From IMG/VR virus record IMGVR_UViG_3300011116_000483, positions 1-47,069 of that record: DNA of 47,069 nucleotides; one strand, given 5' to 3'. The first letter of the stretch is position 1, and every line of letters begins with the position of its first letter. Position numbers and translations under genes: made by a program. Positions 28,101 through 35,650 of the stretch are shown here, piece by piece. This stretch comes from a virus (Duplodnaviria > Caudoviricetes). Under the pieces are notes generated by a model. The model was not told the origin of the DNA and made no database searches. It saw only the letters and a program-made list of their open reading frames with translations.

Positions 28101-28866
28101 TAAAGACCACCCAACAGATTCGATGTCGCAAATCTTCCAGACCACCAGTCCGTACAACGTCACCTACCCTTCGACTGCACCGACTTTGGAGTTCATTCAG
28201 AACCACGGCGAGTTTGTTTTGCAACACCCAACCATTGCTGCCTTCTTTGTGCCTCGTCCAAATGACGCTCCATACGACGAAGCAGCACATGCGGTTGAGA
28301 TGGACCTTCAATTGCGAGGACGCTCAAACATGGCGCAGATGTCCAAGTCTGCTTTGATTGCGTGGGGTAACAACTGGTACTACAACTACATTATCCCGTT
28401 TGCAGACCAGACCTTTGGTAAGGACTACACCCAAGACAAGGCTACTTACCTTTCAGGCTCCAAGAAGATGTACTCGCAGTACAACCCGATGTGGGCGAAC
28501 TACCATGATACTGACAGGCTTTCCCATGCCGACGATGCGTACCGTGAGTTCTCAAACTTCATGAGCAAGGGTTACAAGTATTCGTACAAGCCTGCCGAAG
28601 CCGACAATTCGTTTAAGCCAATCGAATTGCCAGTTGCCGTAAGGGACATGGACCGCCCAACCCAAGACTTGTTCTACTACGCAGCACAAATGGCAATCGT
28701 GTACAAGTCTTACGTTGAGGCATATGGAAATTCAAGCGACAGGAGTGGCATGAAGCAACAATGGTATGATTACTGTGAAGCAATGGTCAAAATTAATCCC
28801 GGCTTGCGTTCTATCGCCAACTCCATGTTTATTCACCTGCCCGGAGAAGGAGTGAACAATGGCTGA
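19162..28866 (+). CDS. giant internal virion/ejection protein with ADP-ribosyltransferase and degenerate ParB-like domains
   Basis: 3234-aa ORF; YKPINEYLR, VFRG, FMSAS, SEGE.LPRG at about 25020-25460. Confidence 0.85.
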   Translation: MGQFDESAFTEHPTPSLTDGLTHAARTVPGLSPEHAMIAARSDNPNVTAQSLAGLNLLSGAYASHVANTALNKQLLTGQYSPGAQGPLRANQTEMAPSYRPAPYVAPGPVGAQGTTHPQSAINTIVPTQGRGAQGQFGIDTGGYNGPLMNQQQINNSLYQMNKTDWDRRWDNTHKKLNQWSDNIGEAFGQIFGVVGGSLDVAGSALIGFSNQTPGAAWTQGYDQLHNFGASGASYIAKDLFGIGEYALKLPGRINQLGSDFAEAPGGTLARMRHDVAADAHSVLYAPDHFYRYMVQTVHDKGWSYALGEMAAMIAMAFGTGGEGTVNAVRQLGTAGKSFAEMTTPLALRGTKLPLRDGAVIGDESASPLAKFSGLNDTTRGAYERYRSIVESKAVAGTRFAFKPITEPLRRLAVMSADPGVALGEAMAMNHPLGIDAERWKQTENQDTWINPYTGVAASLGQQTMLMMGIDPKSWEGSILSGGLDFYSKFIMPDPLGAGLQVFTTARSLEGCKGLLGQLWGGTGIRSASDYDRIYKQYGAFRRTVQLIARSSSADLIRLYKGKLSPEMLTRFGNAKTVEEVLDVFKSEAAAVEFQTTNMATLGGYARTKYAMKDYLLRDPTLTAEGAVRKGILQERLFASTPYIAMRNVGASIAKTMTQRGFYLSDTAGGTTEILVDKIVDGSIQSAHVLADRLTRMGVSQDVVKVTLEHLLEASRLGETQRYMQLAVNAQIKAGPRFVQALLRDPAMGPESIVVQHIAEESMKGRLHVDAVGTKGKYVHDDRDSELVNFSGETVATAGEGTPHLQSVPLLDPVQIRRAMRVLVRLSKDPVLMDLGVAMMMANKADGYTLDLIKTFIRDYKISGKKVEDAITKIFENKVANKTSKGVWAGQRIGQNVTLFSGDARDVFLQMFRDHAVDALGNKVPLAEQINNFRGELQNLANNGLHPISRGEAAVLSTWLDGHLTTGYKPDLSDIYLGSAERTPLTPAERETIESEKYGERKLELIGDRKFLKWSDARNLRINANLTMDAMNHVVNDMFFKPATLSSPSWAWHVGISEGILNAFRYGPINMFEAHFAAQFAQKAKKYSLADGVDHNHVRNAVSSLLQDIDKKELEAMFDSDVLQIARKEALAGGYVQGNQYGRQELENLHNEIMGSVKEHGGVSINLHGKSYPSAGYGVATGSKNNVVINARDMFEDEEKAKKILFNYVKQVSENMSNKDKDLVLGIWHDTNDLTDPVLMNEFEKKHFLETTSSTTLKIDDKKTFAEITGGGVDRKGLDKLKQDGKITKEEYEEILSKAGLGKIHLDVTERIGNLTDAMKLGAERDQISIFDFENFAEYATGGSGVGGFNAFGKRQSLRKKIPIHFDDKELLKDYAERTQRLDREGFKQKVAIAYMRAQRAKAGVMLGVRESIVHGMAGEAKARRLIDDATDLVLLHPGGIHPALSAAHTRYLGEISGHVDDMELSPKNSKTKVVDPANPLAKEKTRRWKTGTFETYKRGNRGHLNAMQHYIGTALNTEQHKFIANAFQEAINKIGVKEFQRQITAAKNAAGGDIRNAAIVRDIEAQFEAHLRAQPEEWRNRFLRSKFVSRNGLEKYDIRDPLKDWARVSVSTNMNTWMSGERDITHLPILKQISEGNVKDLQWFKDYASRKGMTTMPDNIIGPRIMDGGSGRFWAQNLADKSHEKMLGPMVDYLSRRPAYLLTYHNEMENIRKTNGVYKTTIGEHKQGLIERVKFLETEIRKFDPSGTFDASLKKLHAAQAEFDRLEIEGRSIAASAVPSAVRHAFYEEHIAELNTHIASLDKEIEMLTKTLGKEARKVMAGYKAAMVAHGAQMNAYIGAMKEYNYALAQHERHRAIMMANEGLSFPTSQQHIENWQFHAPMQDMYGVDYDYIDPYWHSLAESKDAARLEALTEGGLFLPNPITYRSIEKGLIRDELFRAGIEITEFEFKCLQAYVAYDYKPINEYLRLDQASRRAMANTKIESRIGKKLDMSYKDIVKALDSVVSKVELQKPLTVFRGVDHRKYAVGELTPEPGFMSASVDFDAAHSFAVKTGRSAELVGGTGATILEIQLSPGQKLWPRNSEGELTLPRGTHLYVHEVTTATPSELYPDDFHVGLTAYLDTPIQHVIATVVDARTARALNGRYASPEVKAKYKEAATKLESARASLIAEQRKTFGYAGTNINPTVSVTPEWAQTELTRLIETHKKDIAKLETIEEKLWNPKPFIENGFTVPAEPIKPILVEDEFTKNIWRKTGLRIGQPGNYAGKAIKKAEWLSIEELLKHGDPGPYLFGAGFEEKLQEITKKIIEDGFSMPFELFIDEATGKAAFSAAETAVIRELNDLGITAMPVKIGKRTGSITDEKVNTWAKLSNPFPMDMPFDMYKYATDRYRFKDFGLTPVGETPDLNGGTLGSYWSTKNKIEKTRKFLTGGKTYYQRNTLAKLQAHVENVGKLKSTHEYTQTLINENRAARMDALERMRDAAAGVHHIHVTPEMIDEYAAKYPSVKKHVDAYKANRRAVYGDDWMPSSTGSWSGLQSTINWNKNLIASQGAWHKLELTKLQHVYDNLQLSADGKRINQYIQEHMELQGDPSLIGGVQSKHYYDSDGNLQQAKIPFHPVQGGMMHEAQAQVLAETRAARKMLGEVHNPSDKTNFEYAMRYFAPFYFAQNQAWRRAARLMAENPAAFEKYLKLTLGMTNYAQTAAAENGSPMVTIPGSQLLGRSLFGLDMGLGLNIGSMNTTTLFGMSGKDEGAAGMMQHILKPEMGPLLTIPAKLLTGSIDYAAGMVGGQDAEMKVNAFSDWLQGDIASRQPLMAQLVPNTLIRHLYQLAVDGHIGLGDSPDSAGDSVGNGYISTRLQVWKNITEETLKQLGEEMEQNGFHGYTAKEIRKFKRESPGLYTVLEQMKWAMKSHSDPRFLQDIANKANRDTAVLWSLTTAASFFGPTTVTSTSGLQQLGIQLNQELQADIAKLGTTEGYIKFAKDHPTDSMSQIFQTTSPYNVTYPSTAPTLEFIQNHGEFVLQHPTIAAFFVPRPNDAPYDEAAHAVEMDLQLRGRSNMAQMSKSALIAWGNNWYYNYIIPFADQTFGKDYTQDKATYLSGSKKMYSQYNPMWANYHDTDRLSHADDAYREFSNFMSKGYKYSYKPAEADNSFKPIELPVAVRDMDRPTQDLFYYAAQMAIVYKSYVEAYGNSSDRSGMKQQWYDYCEAMVKINPGLRSIANSMFIHLPGEGVNNG

Positions 28867-29824
28867 ACAGACAGGTCCAGTTGGGCCTTTGGGGGTAATG
28901 TCAGAATGGTCCCACAGCGACCCATCATTTCACAACCCTAAAGATGGTCCGCAACCAATTGACGCGCATGACCAAAGAATTGCTGATAGTCGTCAACGCC
29001 TTCGCCCTCGCAATAACAGAATGGCAAGTGGGCCAAACGGCTCAGTTGGTTTTCAAGGTGTAGCCGGGGCTAATACAAATACCAATGTAGTCCCCGACAT
29101 GCAAACTACTGAGGACATCAGTGCTAGAAACCTTTTGCATGAAAACCGTTGGGATGCAAACGGAAACCCCATTCCAAGCCGAGGCGATACCTTTGTTGGT
29201 GGTCTTGCTAGGCAGCAAGATTCCAGCGTCAACGACGCTGTAGGCCCACAGGGGCCGATGGCTATGCCTCGTGACAATTCTGCCATGCTTACGCCGTTGG
29301 GCGAAATGAAGTCTATGCCTCGGCGCAAAGAACAAGAAGCAGGCGACAAAGAAGTCAAGCAGCACACCACTGACGACATCGTAAGGATGCTGCACATGTA
29401 CCATGTGCCAATGTCACCCGAGACTATCAACTCTATGGCAGAGCCAGATGGTACTGTCCACCCTGACAAGATGAAGTCTCTTGAAGAATACGTCAAGAAC
29501 GTAGCACAGGGATTGTTCCCCACGCTGGCACCTCAAATCAAGGCTGGCATCCCTACCGCTTACCTTGTTGACCCGTACCGCCATGTTGCCAAGATGCTAC
29601 TTGGTGAACACGTTGACCCTGATTTTATTGGCGACCCTAAGTGGGGCATGGCATTGACCGGGGGCCAAGACAAAGACGGTCGCCGTATCCCAATGGGGCT
29701 AGACGAATGGAAGCAGCACATGATGAGAAGCCGTGACTACGGTTACCAGAACACCGAGGCTGCTCACAGGCACGCTGAAAAAATTGCAGCAGCGCTGCAC
29801 GAAGCCTTTGGAGGTCAACGATAA
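28859..29824 (+). CDS. probable internal virion protein
   Basis: Coupled to the giant gene; lies before the scaffold gene. Confidence 0.65.
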   Translation: MAEQTGPVGPLGVMSEWSHSDPSFHNPKDGPQPIDAHDQRIADSRQRLRPRNNRMASGPNGSVGFQGVAGANTNTNVVPDMQTTEDISARNLLHENRWDANGNPIPSRGDTFVGGLARQQDSSVNDAVGPQGPMAMPRDNSAMLTPLGEMKSMPRRKEQEAGDKEVKQHTTDDIVRMLHMYHVPMSPETINSMAEPDGTVHPDKMKSLEEYVKNVAQGLFPTLAPQIKAGIPTAYLVDPYRHVAKMLLGEHVDPDFIGDPKWGMALTGGQDKDGRRIPMGLDEWKQHMMRSRDYGYQNTEAAHRHAEKIAAALHEAFGGQR

Positions 29825-31347
29825 TGGCTGCCAATCCCGGTGCAAACTTTACAGTACAGAGCCAAGGACAACTCCCATCAGGGTTTAGCCTTGGTATTCC
29901 CAAAGAACTAATCCCTATCTACCAGCAGCAGTTCAAAGAAAACAAGACTGCAAACGACCCAAACTTTATTAACCGCACCCAAAACAAAATGACTGTTGCT
30001 GGTTTGGCAAACATCATTATGACTGCTCGCTCTGGCGAGGACAACCAACCAGCATTGTTGAACTGGGTAAAAAAACAGTATGGAACCACCATCAATGGAG
30101 AGAAGTGGCCGACAACTCAGGCTGGCATCAAGAATGTTTTAACTGGCCTGATTAACGCAACTGTGTTGCACAACCAGCAAACTGGTTCTCAATCGCCAAT
30201 GTTCACCAACCAAGCCAACGGTGCTGTTGGTGTTCTCCAAGGCATGGGCGACCAGTGGGCGAATGGGCCGGGTGGGGTAAACGCTGGGGTTAATCTTAAA
30301 ACCGGACAAATCTACATGTTCAACCCTGCTACCCAGCAGCAGGACGCTTATGACCCAATTGCCCAAGCAGGTCTTACTGCCAAGATTAGTTCCATTTGGA
30401 ACGCTGACCAGCAGATGGACCAACTGTTAGACCGTTGGGGATTTAACAATGTTGACAAGGGTGCAACCGCACGCCTAAGCCAGCACATCTACGACGAGAC
30501 TATTGGCAAGGGCGTCATGCTCAGCCCCAACCAACTTGCCAACATGGTGCAGGAATACAAAGACCCTCAACTTGGCAAGCCAGTTTACGACGTAGTGTTT
30601 GACGGCTTGAAAGAAGCCCGTGCCAAAGGCTACAAGATGGACGAGAGCCAGTACCTTGACTACAAGACCAAGGCTATGGAGATGGCTAGCGCTGCTGGTA
30701 TCAGTACCGGCGACAAGGGGTTTATGAGTTCCAAGGAGTTTGGTGAACTAGTGCGTCAGGGTGTTGCTTTGCCAGAACTGACTGAGCGAATCAACAACGC
30801 TTACGGCGCTATGAAAAACGCCGACCCTAGAGTGAAGCAAACGTTGCAGCAATACTATGGCATCAGCGAAGGCCAGTTGTTGCAGTATTACCTGCACCCT
30901 GACAAGGGCACTAAGCACATGACAAGCATGGACACCATTGAGAAGCAAGTTGCTTCGGCACAGATTGGTGGTTTTGCTAAGAACGTTGGCCTTCAAGGAT
31001 TGAGCCAAGGCACAGCCGAGCAAATGGCAGGGATGCTTAAGGGGCAGCACCTTGGCACTAACAACACAGGCCCTTACACAATGGCCCAAGTTAACGCTGC
31101 CGAATTGACCGCAGCGCGTCAAGGCGCATTGACACAACGTGGCAATGGCTTGCAGGCCCCGGGCACCCGTGTGAACACTGACCAGTTGCTTGCTGCACAG
31201 ATTGGTGGAGCCGGTGGCATCAGTCAGGTGCAGGCACAGCAGGCTGTACAGACCGCAGAACAAGCGAAGATGTCCCCCTTCCAAAAGGGTGGTGGCTACG
31301 AAGAATCGGCACAAGGCGTGTCAGGTGCAGGTTCGGCCCGTCAGTAG
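29824..31347 (+). CDS. probable internal virion (ejection) protein
   Basis: Gln/Gly/Ala-rich helical 507-aa ORF. Confidence 0.65.
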   Translation: MAANPGANFTVQSQGQLPSGFSLGIPKELIPIYQQQFKENKTANDPNFINRTQNKMTVAGLANIIMTARSGEDNQPALLNWVKKQYGTTINGEKWPTTQAGIKNVLTGLINATVLHNQQTGSQSPMFTNQANGAVGVLQGMGDQWANGPGGVNAGVNLKTGQIYMFNPATQQQDAYDPIAQAGLTAKISSIWNADQQMDQLLDRWGFNNVDKGATARLSQHIYDETIGKGVMLSPNQLANMVQEYKDPQLGKPVYDVVFDGLKEARAKGYKMDESQYLDYKTKAMEMASAAGISTGDKGFMSSKEFGELVRQGVALPELTERINNAYGAMKNADPRVKQTLQQYYGISEGQLLQYYLHPDKGTKHMTSMDTIEKQVASAQIGGFAKNVGLQGLSQGTAEQMAGMLKGQHLGTNNTGPYTMAQVNAAELTAARQGALTQRGNGLQAPGTRVNTDQLLAAQIGGAGGISQVQAQQAVQTAEQAKMSPFQKGGGYEESAQGVSGAGSARQ

Positions 31348-31382
31348 TGCTATAGTGTGGTTCTCACCAAACAGGAGGAATC

Positions 31383-31547
31383 ATGTTCACAGTACATATG
31401 GATGACGGCAAGGCTTTGATGGTTGATGCCGATGGCTTCAAGACAGCAGAAAGCGGTCAGTTAGTTTTGTACGTCACTGACAATGACCGCAACAGCACAG
31501 TGTTTGTTGCAGCCAAAGACAAATGGCGTTACTTTACAACTCCGTAA
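31383..31547 (+). CDS. 54-aa moron-like gene (not in ORF track)
   Basis: TGCTATAGT -10, SD aggagg, MFTVHMDDGKALMVDADGF..., own terminator. Confidence 0.75.
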   Translation: MFTVHMDDGKALMVDADGFKTAESGQLVLYVTDNDRNSTVFVAAKDKWRYFTTP

Positions 31548-31569
31548 AGTTACACAAAATCTAGCAGTT

Positions 31570-31601
31570 AGGCTACCCTACGGGGTAGTCTTTCTGTTTT
31601 T
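31570..31601 (+). terminator. Rho-independent terminator
   Basis: GGCTACCC-TACG-GGGTAGTC followed by TTTCTGTTTTT. Confidence 0.85.
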
Positions 31602-31611
31602 GTGGTACACT
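31601..31611 (+). promoter_or_regulatory. extended -10 promoter of the capsid operon
   Basis: TGTGGTACACT. Confidence 0.6.
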
Positions 31612-31790
31612 TTGTTTAGCGCCTTCTGCCCCGCTTGCAACGGGTGAGCCGTAGGAGCAGTCCCGGATGGCAAATAAGCACGCCATTTGCGTAACGTGCG
31701 ATAGATGCAGTTGCAGTTGACAGTAGTACAAAACCCTATCCGCGTTGGCTCCTCCTGCCAACACGCGTATCCCACAAGGAGCGGTAACAG

Positions 31791-32276
31791 ATGTCAGATG
31801 AGTTCTATGACGAGTACGGCGAGCCGATTCGGGACGAGAACATTCGTTCCCAGATGAAGGCTCTCAAGGCTCAAGCGAACAAGGCAGCAGAGTTGGAAGC
31901 CCGACTTGCAGAGCGTGACCTACAGGTCGCATTTGCAGAAGCAGGCATCCCGAAGGATGGACTGGGAGCATTGCTCCGAGACTCCTACAAGGGACCAGCC
32001 GACCCAGACGCCATTCGCTCTAAGGCCAGTGAGTACAAGATTCCCGGTTTTACTACCGAATCTCCTGTAGCCAATCAAGTCCCAGACCCATCGGATGCAG
32101 AGTTGGAGCAGTTGCGTCGTGCAGCAGGTGTGACGGCTAGCGGTGGAGAATCCATCGTTGACCCTCAAGCAGCCTTCCTCACGGCACTTGCAGCGTCCAC
32201 CAATGCAGACGAAGCCGCATCTGTTATCGAAAGATTCTCGGCACAGACCGGGGTTTTCCTTGACCGGGGTATGTAA
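31791..32276 (+). CDS. capsid scaffolding protein
   Basis: Acidic, coiled-coil, immediately upstream of the major capsid gene. Confidence 0.75.
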   Translation: MSDEFYDEYGEPIRDENIRSQMKALKAQANKAAELEARLAERDLQVAFAEAGIPKDGLGALLRDSYKGPADPDAIRSKASEYKIPGFTTESPVANQVPDPSDAELEQLRRAAGVTASGGESIVDPQAAFLTALAASTNADEAASVIERFSAQTGVFLDRGM

Positions 32277-32295
32277 CTAACCCGAAAGGCCTATC

Positions 32296-33894
32296 ATGGC
32301 TGGCTCATACTCTGCTGGTGTTTACACCGCAGGCCCATCAGAAGTTTCTACTTCTACTAACCTTGTCCAAAATGCGTACGACCGGATGGCGTACTTCTCC
32401 CTTCGCCCGGAGTTGTACTTCGACCAAGTTGCTGACGTTCGTGCTACGAACCAAGCGATGCCCGGTAAGACGGTTATCTTCACGATTGTGAATGACCTTC
32501 CTGTTGCGCCTAACGCCCTTACCTCAGAGCAGTACGACGTTACCCCGGTTTCGTTCTCTGACTCGCAAATCTCAGTGGCCCTTGCCGAATACGGTAACGC
32601 CATTGTGACCTCCGCCAAGTTGCGTGGAACTGCGTTCGTGGACGTTGACCCTGTGGTTGCTAACCTCATTGGTTACAACGCTGGTGTGTCAATGGACTCC
32701 ATTGCTCGTAACGTCCTTGCTGGTGGTGCACAGGTTGCCTACTCCAACAGCGCCAACGTTGGTGTTTCTGGTGTTGCTGGAAACCAGAACGTAACTACCC
32801 GTGCAGGGTTGACTGGTGGAGCAATCTCGTACAACCAGATTTCTTCGGTTGACATTCGTACCGCCCGTGCCCGTTTGCGTGCTGCTAACGTTCCTACCTT
32901 CGGTGGTTCATACGTTGGTTTCATTCACCCAGACGTTGTGGTTGACTTGCAGTCGAACGACACCACGCTTGCTGGTTGGCGTGCACCACACACCTACTCG
33001 GCTCCGTCGGAAATCTGGACGGGTGACCTTGGTCAGTACGAAGGTGTTCGCTGGATTGAGACGCCTCGTGCGCCTGAGTTCATCAACGCTGGTGTTGCCT
33101 ACACCCCCTCAGGTTCAACTGACACGATGGTTGCCAACTACATCAAGGGTGTTCCGGACGAAATGAACGGTACTGTCTCTGGTAACGGTTTCCCAGAAGT
33201 CGGCTCTGTGGTTATTTCCACTGGTTCTGGTTCTGGTACTGGCAACACGGCAATTTTCAGTGACCAAGATGGTAACCCTATTGCGTCAAGCCTTGCTTCG
33301 CCAAAACTTATCATCACTGGCGTTCAGGGTTCAAACTTTGTGGTTCAGGTTAACGCAGCCTTGTACCCCGGAACCATTGCAAGTTGCACCACCGCAGGAA
33401 CCATCACGGTTCTCGGTTCGGGCTCCTACTCCGTGGTCACTGGTGCGAACCCAGCCGGTACTTACACTGGTCAGGCTCCTATTGTTGGTGCTACTCTTGC
33501 TGCTGTCGGTGCTGGTACGCTTACTGGTTCGCTGACGGTTGCATCGGTTACGCCAAGCACGTCAACTCCCGGCACTGGTACGTTCACCACGACCGGTGGT
33601 GGTTCGTTCGCTAGCGCTGGTACGGTCAGCGTTACGGCCAACTCTGCTCAGGCCAACGTGTACGGAACCCTTATCCTTGGTCGCCAATCACTTGCTAAGG
33701 CTCACGCCCTTGCAGATGGTAACGGCCCACTTCCAAGCATCGTGCCCGGACCTGTCACTGACTTGCTCCGTCGTCACGTTCCACTGGGTTGGTACTGGCT
33801 GGGTGGTTACTCCATCTTCCGTCAGGCCTCGGTCTACCGCCTTGAGAGCACCTCATCGCTTGGTGACCAAAACCTTGCGATTGACCTTAACTAA
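32296..33894 (+). CDS. major capsid protein (N4-gp56 family) with ~190-aa insertion
   Basis: AYDRMAYFSLRP, LAEYGNA, GFIHPDV..DL, G.YEGVRWIETP, GWYWLGGY. Confidence 0.9.
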   Translation: MAGSYSAGVYTAGPSEVSTSTNLVQNAYDRMAYFSLRPELYFDQVADVRATNQAMPGKTVIFTIVNDLPVAPNALTSEQYDVTPVSFSDSQISVALAEYGNAIVTSAKLRGTAFVDVDPVVANLIGYNAGVSMDSIARNVLAGGAQVAYSNSANVGVSGVAGNQNVTTRAGLTGGAISYNQISSVDIRTARARLRAANVPTFGGSYVGFIHPDVVVDLQSNDTTLAGWRAPHTYSAPSEIWTGDLGQYEGVRWIETPRAPEFINAGVAYTPSGSTDTMVANYIKGVPDEMNGTVSGNGFPEVGSVVISTGSGSGTGNTAIFSDQDGNPIASSLASPKLIITGVQGSNFVVQVNAALYPGTIASCTTAGTITVLGSGSYSVVTGANPAGTYTGQAPIVGATLAAVGAGTLTGSLTVASVTPSTSTPGTGTFTTTGGGSFASAGTVSVTANSAQANVYGTLILGRQSLAKAHALADGNGPLPSIVPGPVTDLLRRHVPLGWYWLGGYSIFRQASVYRLESTSSLGDQNLAIDLN

Positions 33895-33920
33895 GGTCTG
33901 AGAGTTAGAGAGGGGTACAG

Positions 33921-34112
33921 ATGCCTTGGCCTTACCGATGTGCTACCTGCGGTAGCCGTGAAGTGCAGTCCGGAATCCACGAGATTACATGTCTCCTGTG
34001 TGGACGGCTCACCGATAAGGACGGGGTGCCTGTGCCCCTCCTCGCTCAGATTCACTCAGAGGACCACTACAAGGACATTCAACTTGGCCTTGTCAACCCT
34101 GAGGAGGGTTAA
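33921..34112 (+). CDS. small Zn-ribbon protein
   Basis: CATCG...CLLCG. Confidence 0.65.
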   Translation: MPWPYRCATCGSREVQSGIHEITCLLCGRLTDKDGVPVPLLAQIHSEDHYKDIQLGLVNPEEG

Positions 34113-34369
34113 TGGAAGTTACTGGACGTGGAGATACAAGGGGCCTAGACGCTGCACAGGTTTGCGCCCCTTGGAATGGCCCACGACAAGACTGGGCACA
34201 CAATGCCAGTATGCGTAAGGGCCACGTTGCCGAAGGACACTACATGGGCGAGATTAACACCGTCCGTGACATGATGACTGACAACGATCCAAGTGTAAAC
34301 CCTGACATTTTCTACCGTGACGTGCCTACCAGCGATGGTAGTTGGTCACATGGATGGTTCCCTAAATGA
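34112..34369 (+). CDS. hypothetical protein
   Basis: Coupled ORF. Confidence 0.65.
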   Translation: MEVTGRGDTRGLDAAQVCAPWNGPRQDWAHNASMRKGHVAEGHYMGEINTVRDMMTDNDPSVNPDIFYRDVPTSDGSWSHGWFPK

Positions 34370-34614
34370 GCAAAGACCAAGCCGCGATGAAGCGACAGGC
34401 TACTGCTGCCGAACTGTCAGGGCAACGTGACATTCACGGGTTTATCCCTGCATCGTTTAAGCAGGGCAACAGCCTTGACCGTCGTATGGAAGAGCGTACG
34501 AACCGTAAGACCAAGCACATTGCTCCGGAAATCGGTGGCATGACTTGCATTGACTGTGCTGGCTCTGCCGGTCAGTACCCACAGGTCACCCCGTTCAAAG
34601 TCTGGGAGGACTAA
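34366..34614 (+). CDS. hypothetical protein
   Basis: Coupled ORF. Confidence 0.65.
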   Translation: MSKDQAAMKRQATAAELSGQRDIHGFIPASFKQGNSLDRRMEERTNRKTKHIAPEIGGMTCIDCAGSAGQYPQVTPFKVWED

Positions 34615-34844
34615 TGCCTGCACCTGATAGCCAAGTTGACAGCCGGGGCCACGCCTCTGTTTCATACACGATGGATTTCGGTCCTAGTACACTTGCTGAT
34701 GTTGCTGCTCATAACGGTGACACTCGTGTGAACGCACCTGTTGGTGCTGCTGGCGAGAGTACTTACGTCAACCACTTCACGGCACTTCGTGCTGCTGATG
34801 AAATCGAAGCCGCGTCGAGGATTAAACAGAACAAGCGGTGGTAG
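34614..34844 (+). CDS. hypothetical protein
   Basis: Coupled ORF. Confidence 0.65.
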   Translation: MPAPDSQVDSRGHASVSYTMDFGPSTLADVAAHNGDTRVNAPVGAAGESTYVNHFTALRAADEIEAASRIKQNKRW

Positions 34845-35285
34845 ATGTCTTTCCCACCGTACGACCCAACGGCAACGTACACTTTCACACCGCCACTGGT
34901 TAACGTAGTCCCTCGCTTTCTGCCTACCGACACTGGGCAGCAAAAGGCATTGTTTCGGTTCTACAAGCCATCGGCAGCCTACGTTCAGGTGTTCATCCTG
35001 AGCGACATGTCATGCGTTCAGAACTTCCCTACGCCTGAGAATTCCAATACCAACATCCCATACCCGTGGAATATTAATGACCCATCGGGGCCGTTTGCTT
35101 GGGGTACTTATGTTGACTACACGGTAAGTCCACCACAGTCAAAATACTTTTCTGAGTCCCATGAAGTGTACATTACGGAGTTGTTGGACCGCCCACAGAA
35201 AATCAGTGGGAACATTGCTAACATATTGGTTGCCAGTAACGCTGGCTACGCAGGTGGCAATGGGTTCACCGCAAGTATCTCTTAG
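34845..35285 (+). CDS. hypothetical virion-region protein
   Basis: 146-aa ORF adjacent to the previous stop codon. Confidence 0.7.
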   Translation: MSFPPYDPTATYTFTPPLVNVVPRFLPTDTGQQKALFRFYKPSAAYVQVFILSDMSCVQNFPTPENSNTNIPYPWNINDPSGPFAWGTYVDYTVSPPQSKYFSESHEVYITELLDRPQKISGNIANILVASNAGYAGGNGFTASIS

Positions 35286-35293
35286 GGGGAGTA

Positions 35294-35650
35294 ATGCAAA
35301 AGACACATTTTGGGCAGCATGGTGATGATTGTTTTGGCTGCAAGATTCAATCTGTCTCTATTGGTCAGCCATCGGACATGCCTACTCGCAAGCCCGAAGT
35401 TGTTGCGTCCAAGCGATATGAAGCACAACGTGAAAAAGACATTGCTGCTTACCGTCGCCTTCGCAAGGATGGACGGGTCAAAGGTACTCAAGGTGCTGCA
35501 CGCCTAGAGCAATCTGCCAACACCAAGTTTGAGTTGGAGTCTGGTCAGGTTGCACCTACCGCTTCCATCTCACGCCGTATTGAAGAGGCACAGACCGAAG
35601 TTAAGCAGCGTATGGCAGAACACCACAAAGAAGTGGCTGCTTCTAAGTGA
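35294..35650 (+). CDS. hypothetical protein (CFGCK motif)
   Basis: H...CFGCK...AYRRLRKDG, a pattern I recall from actinophage head-tail regions. Confidence 0.7.
   Translation: MQKTHFGQHGDDCFGCKIQSVSIGQPSDMPTRKPEVVASKRYEAQREKDIAAYRRLRKDGRVKGTQGAARLEQSANTKFELESGQVAPTASISRRIEEAQTEVKQRMAEHHKEVAASK

Noticed and set aside
31646-31671. Group II intron domain V-like hairpin (GAGCCGTAGG...)
   Set aside because: Stem geometry, bulge and tetraloop do not fit; no other intron domains or maturase
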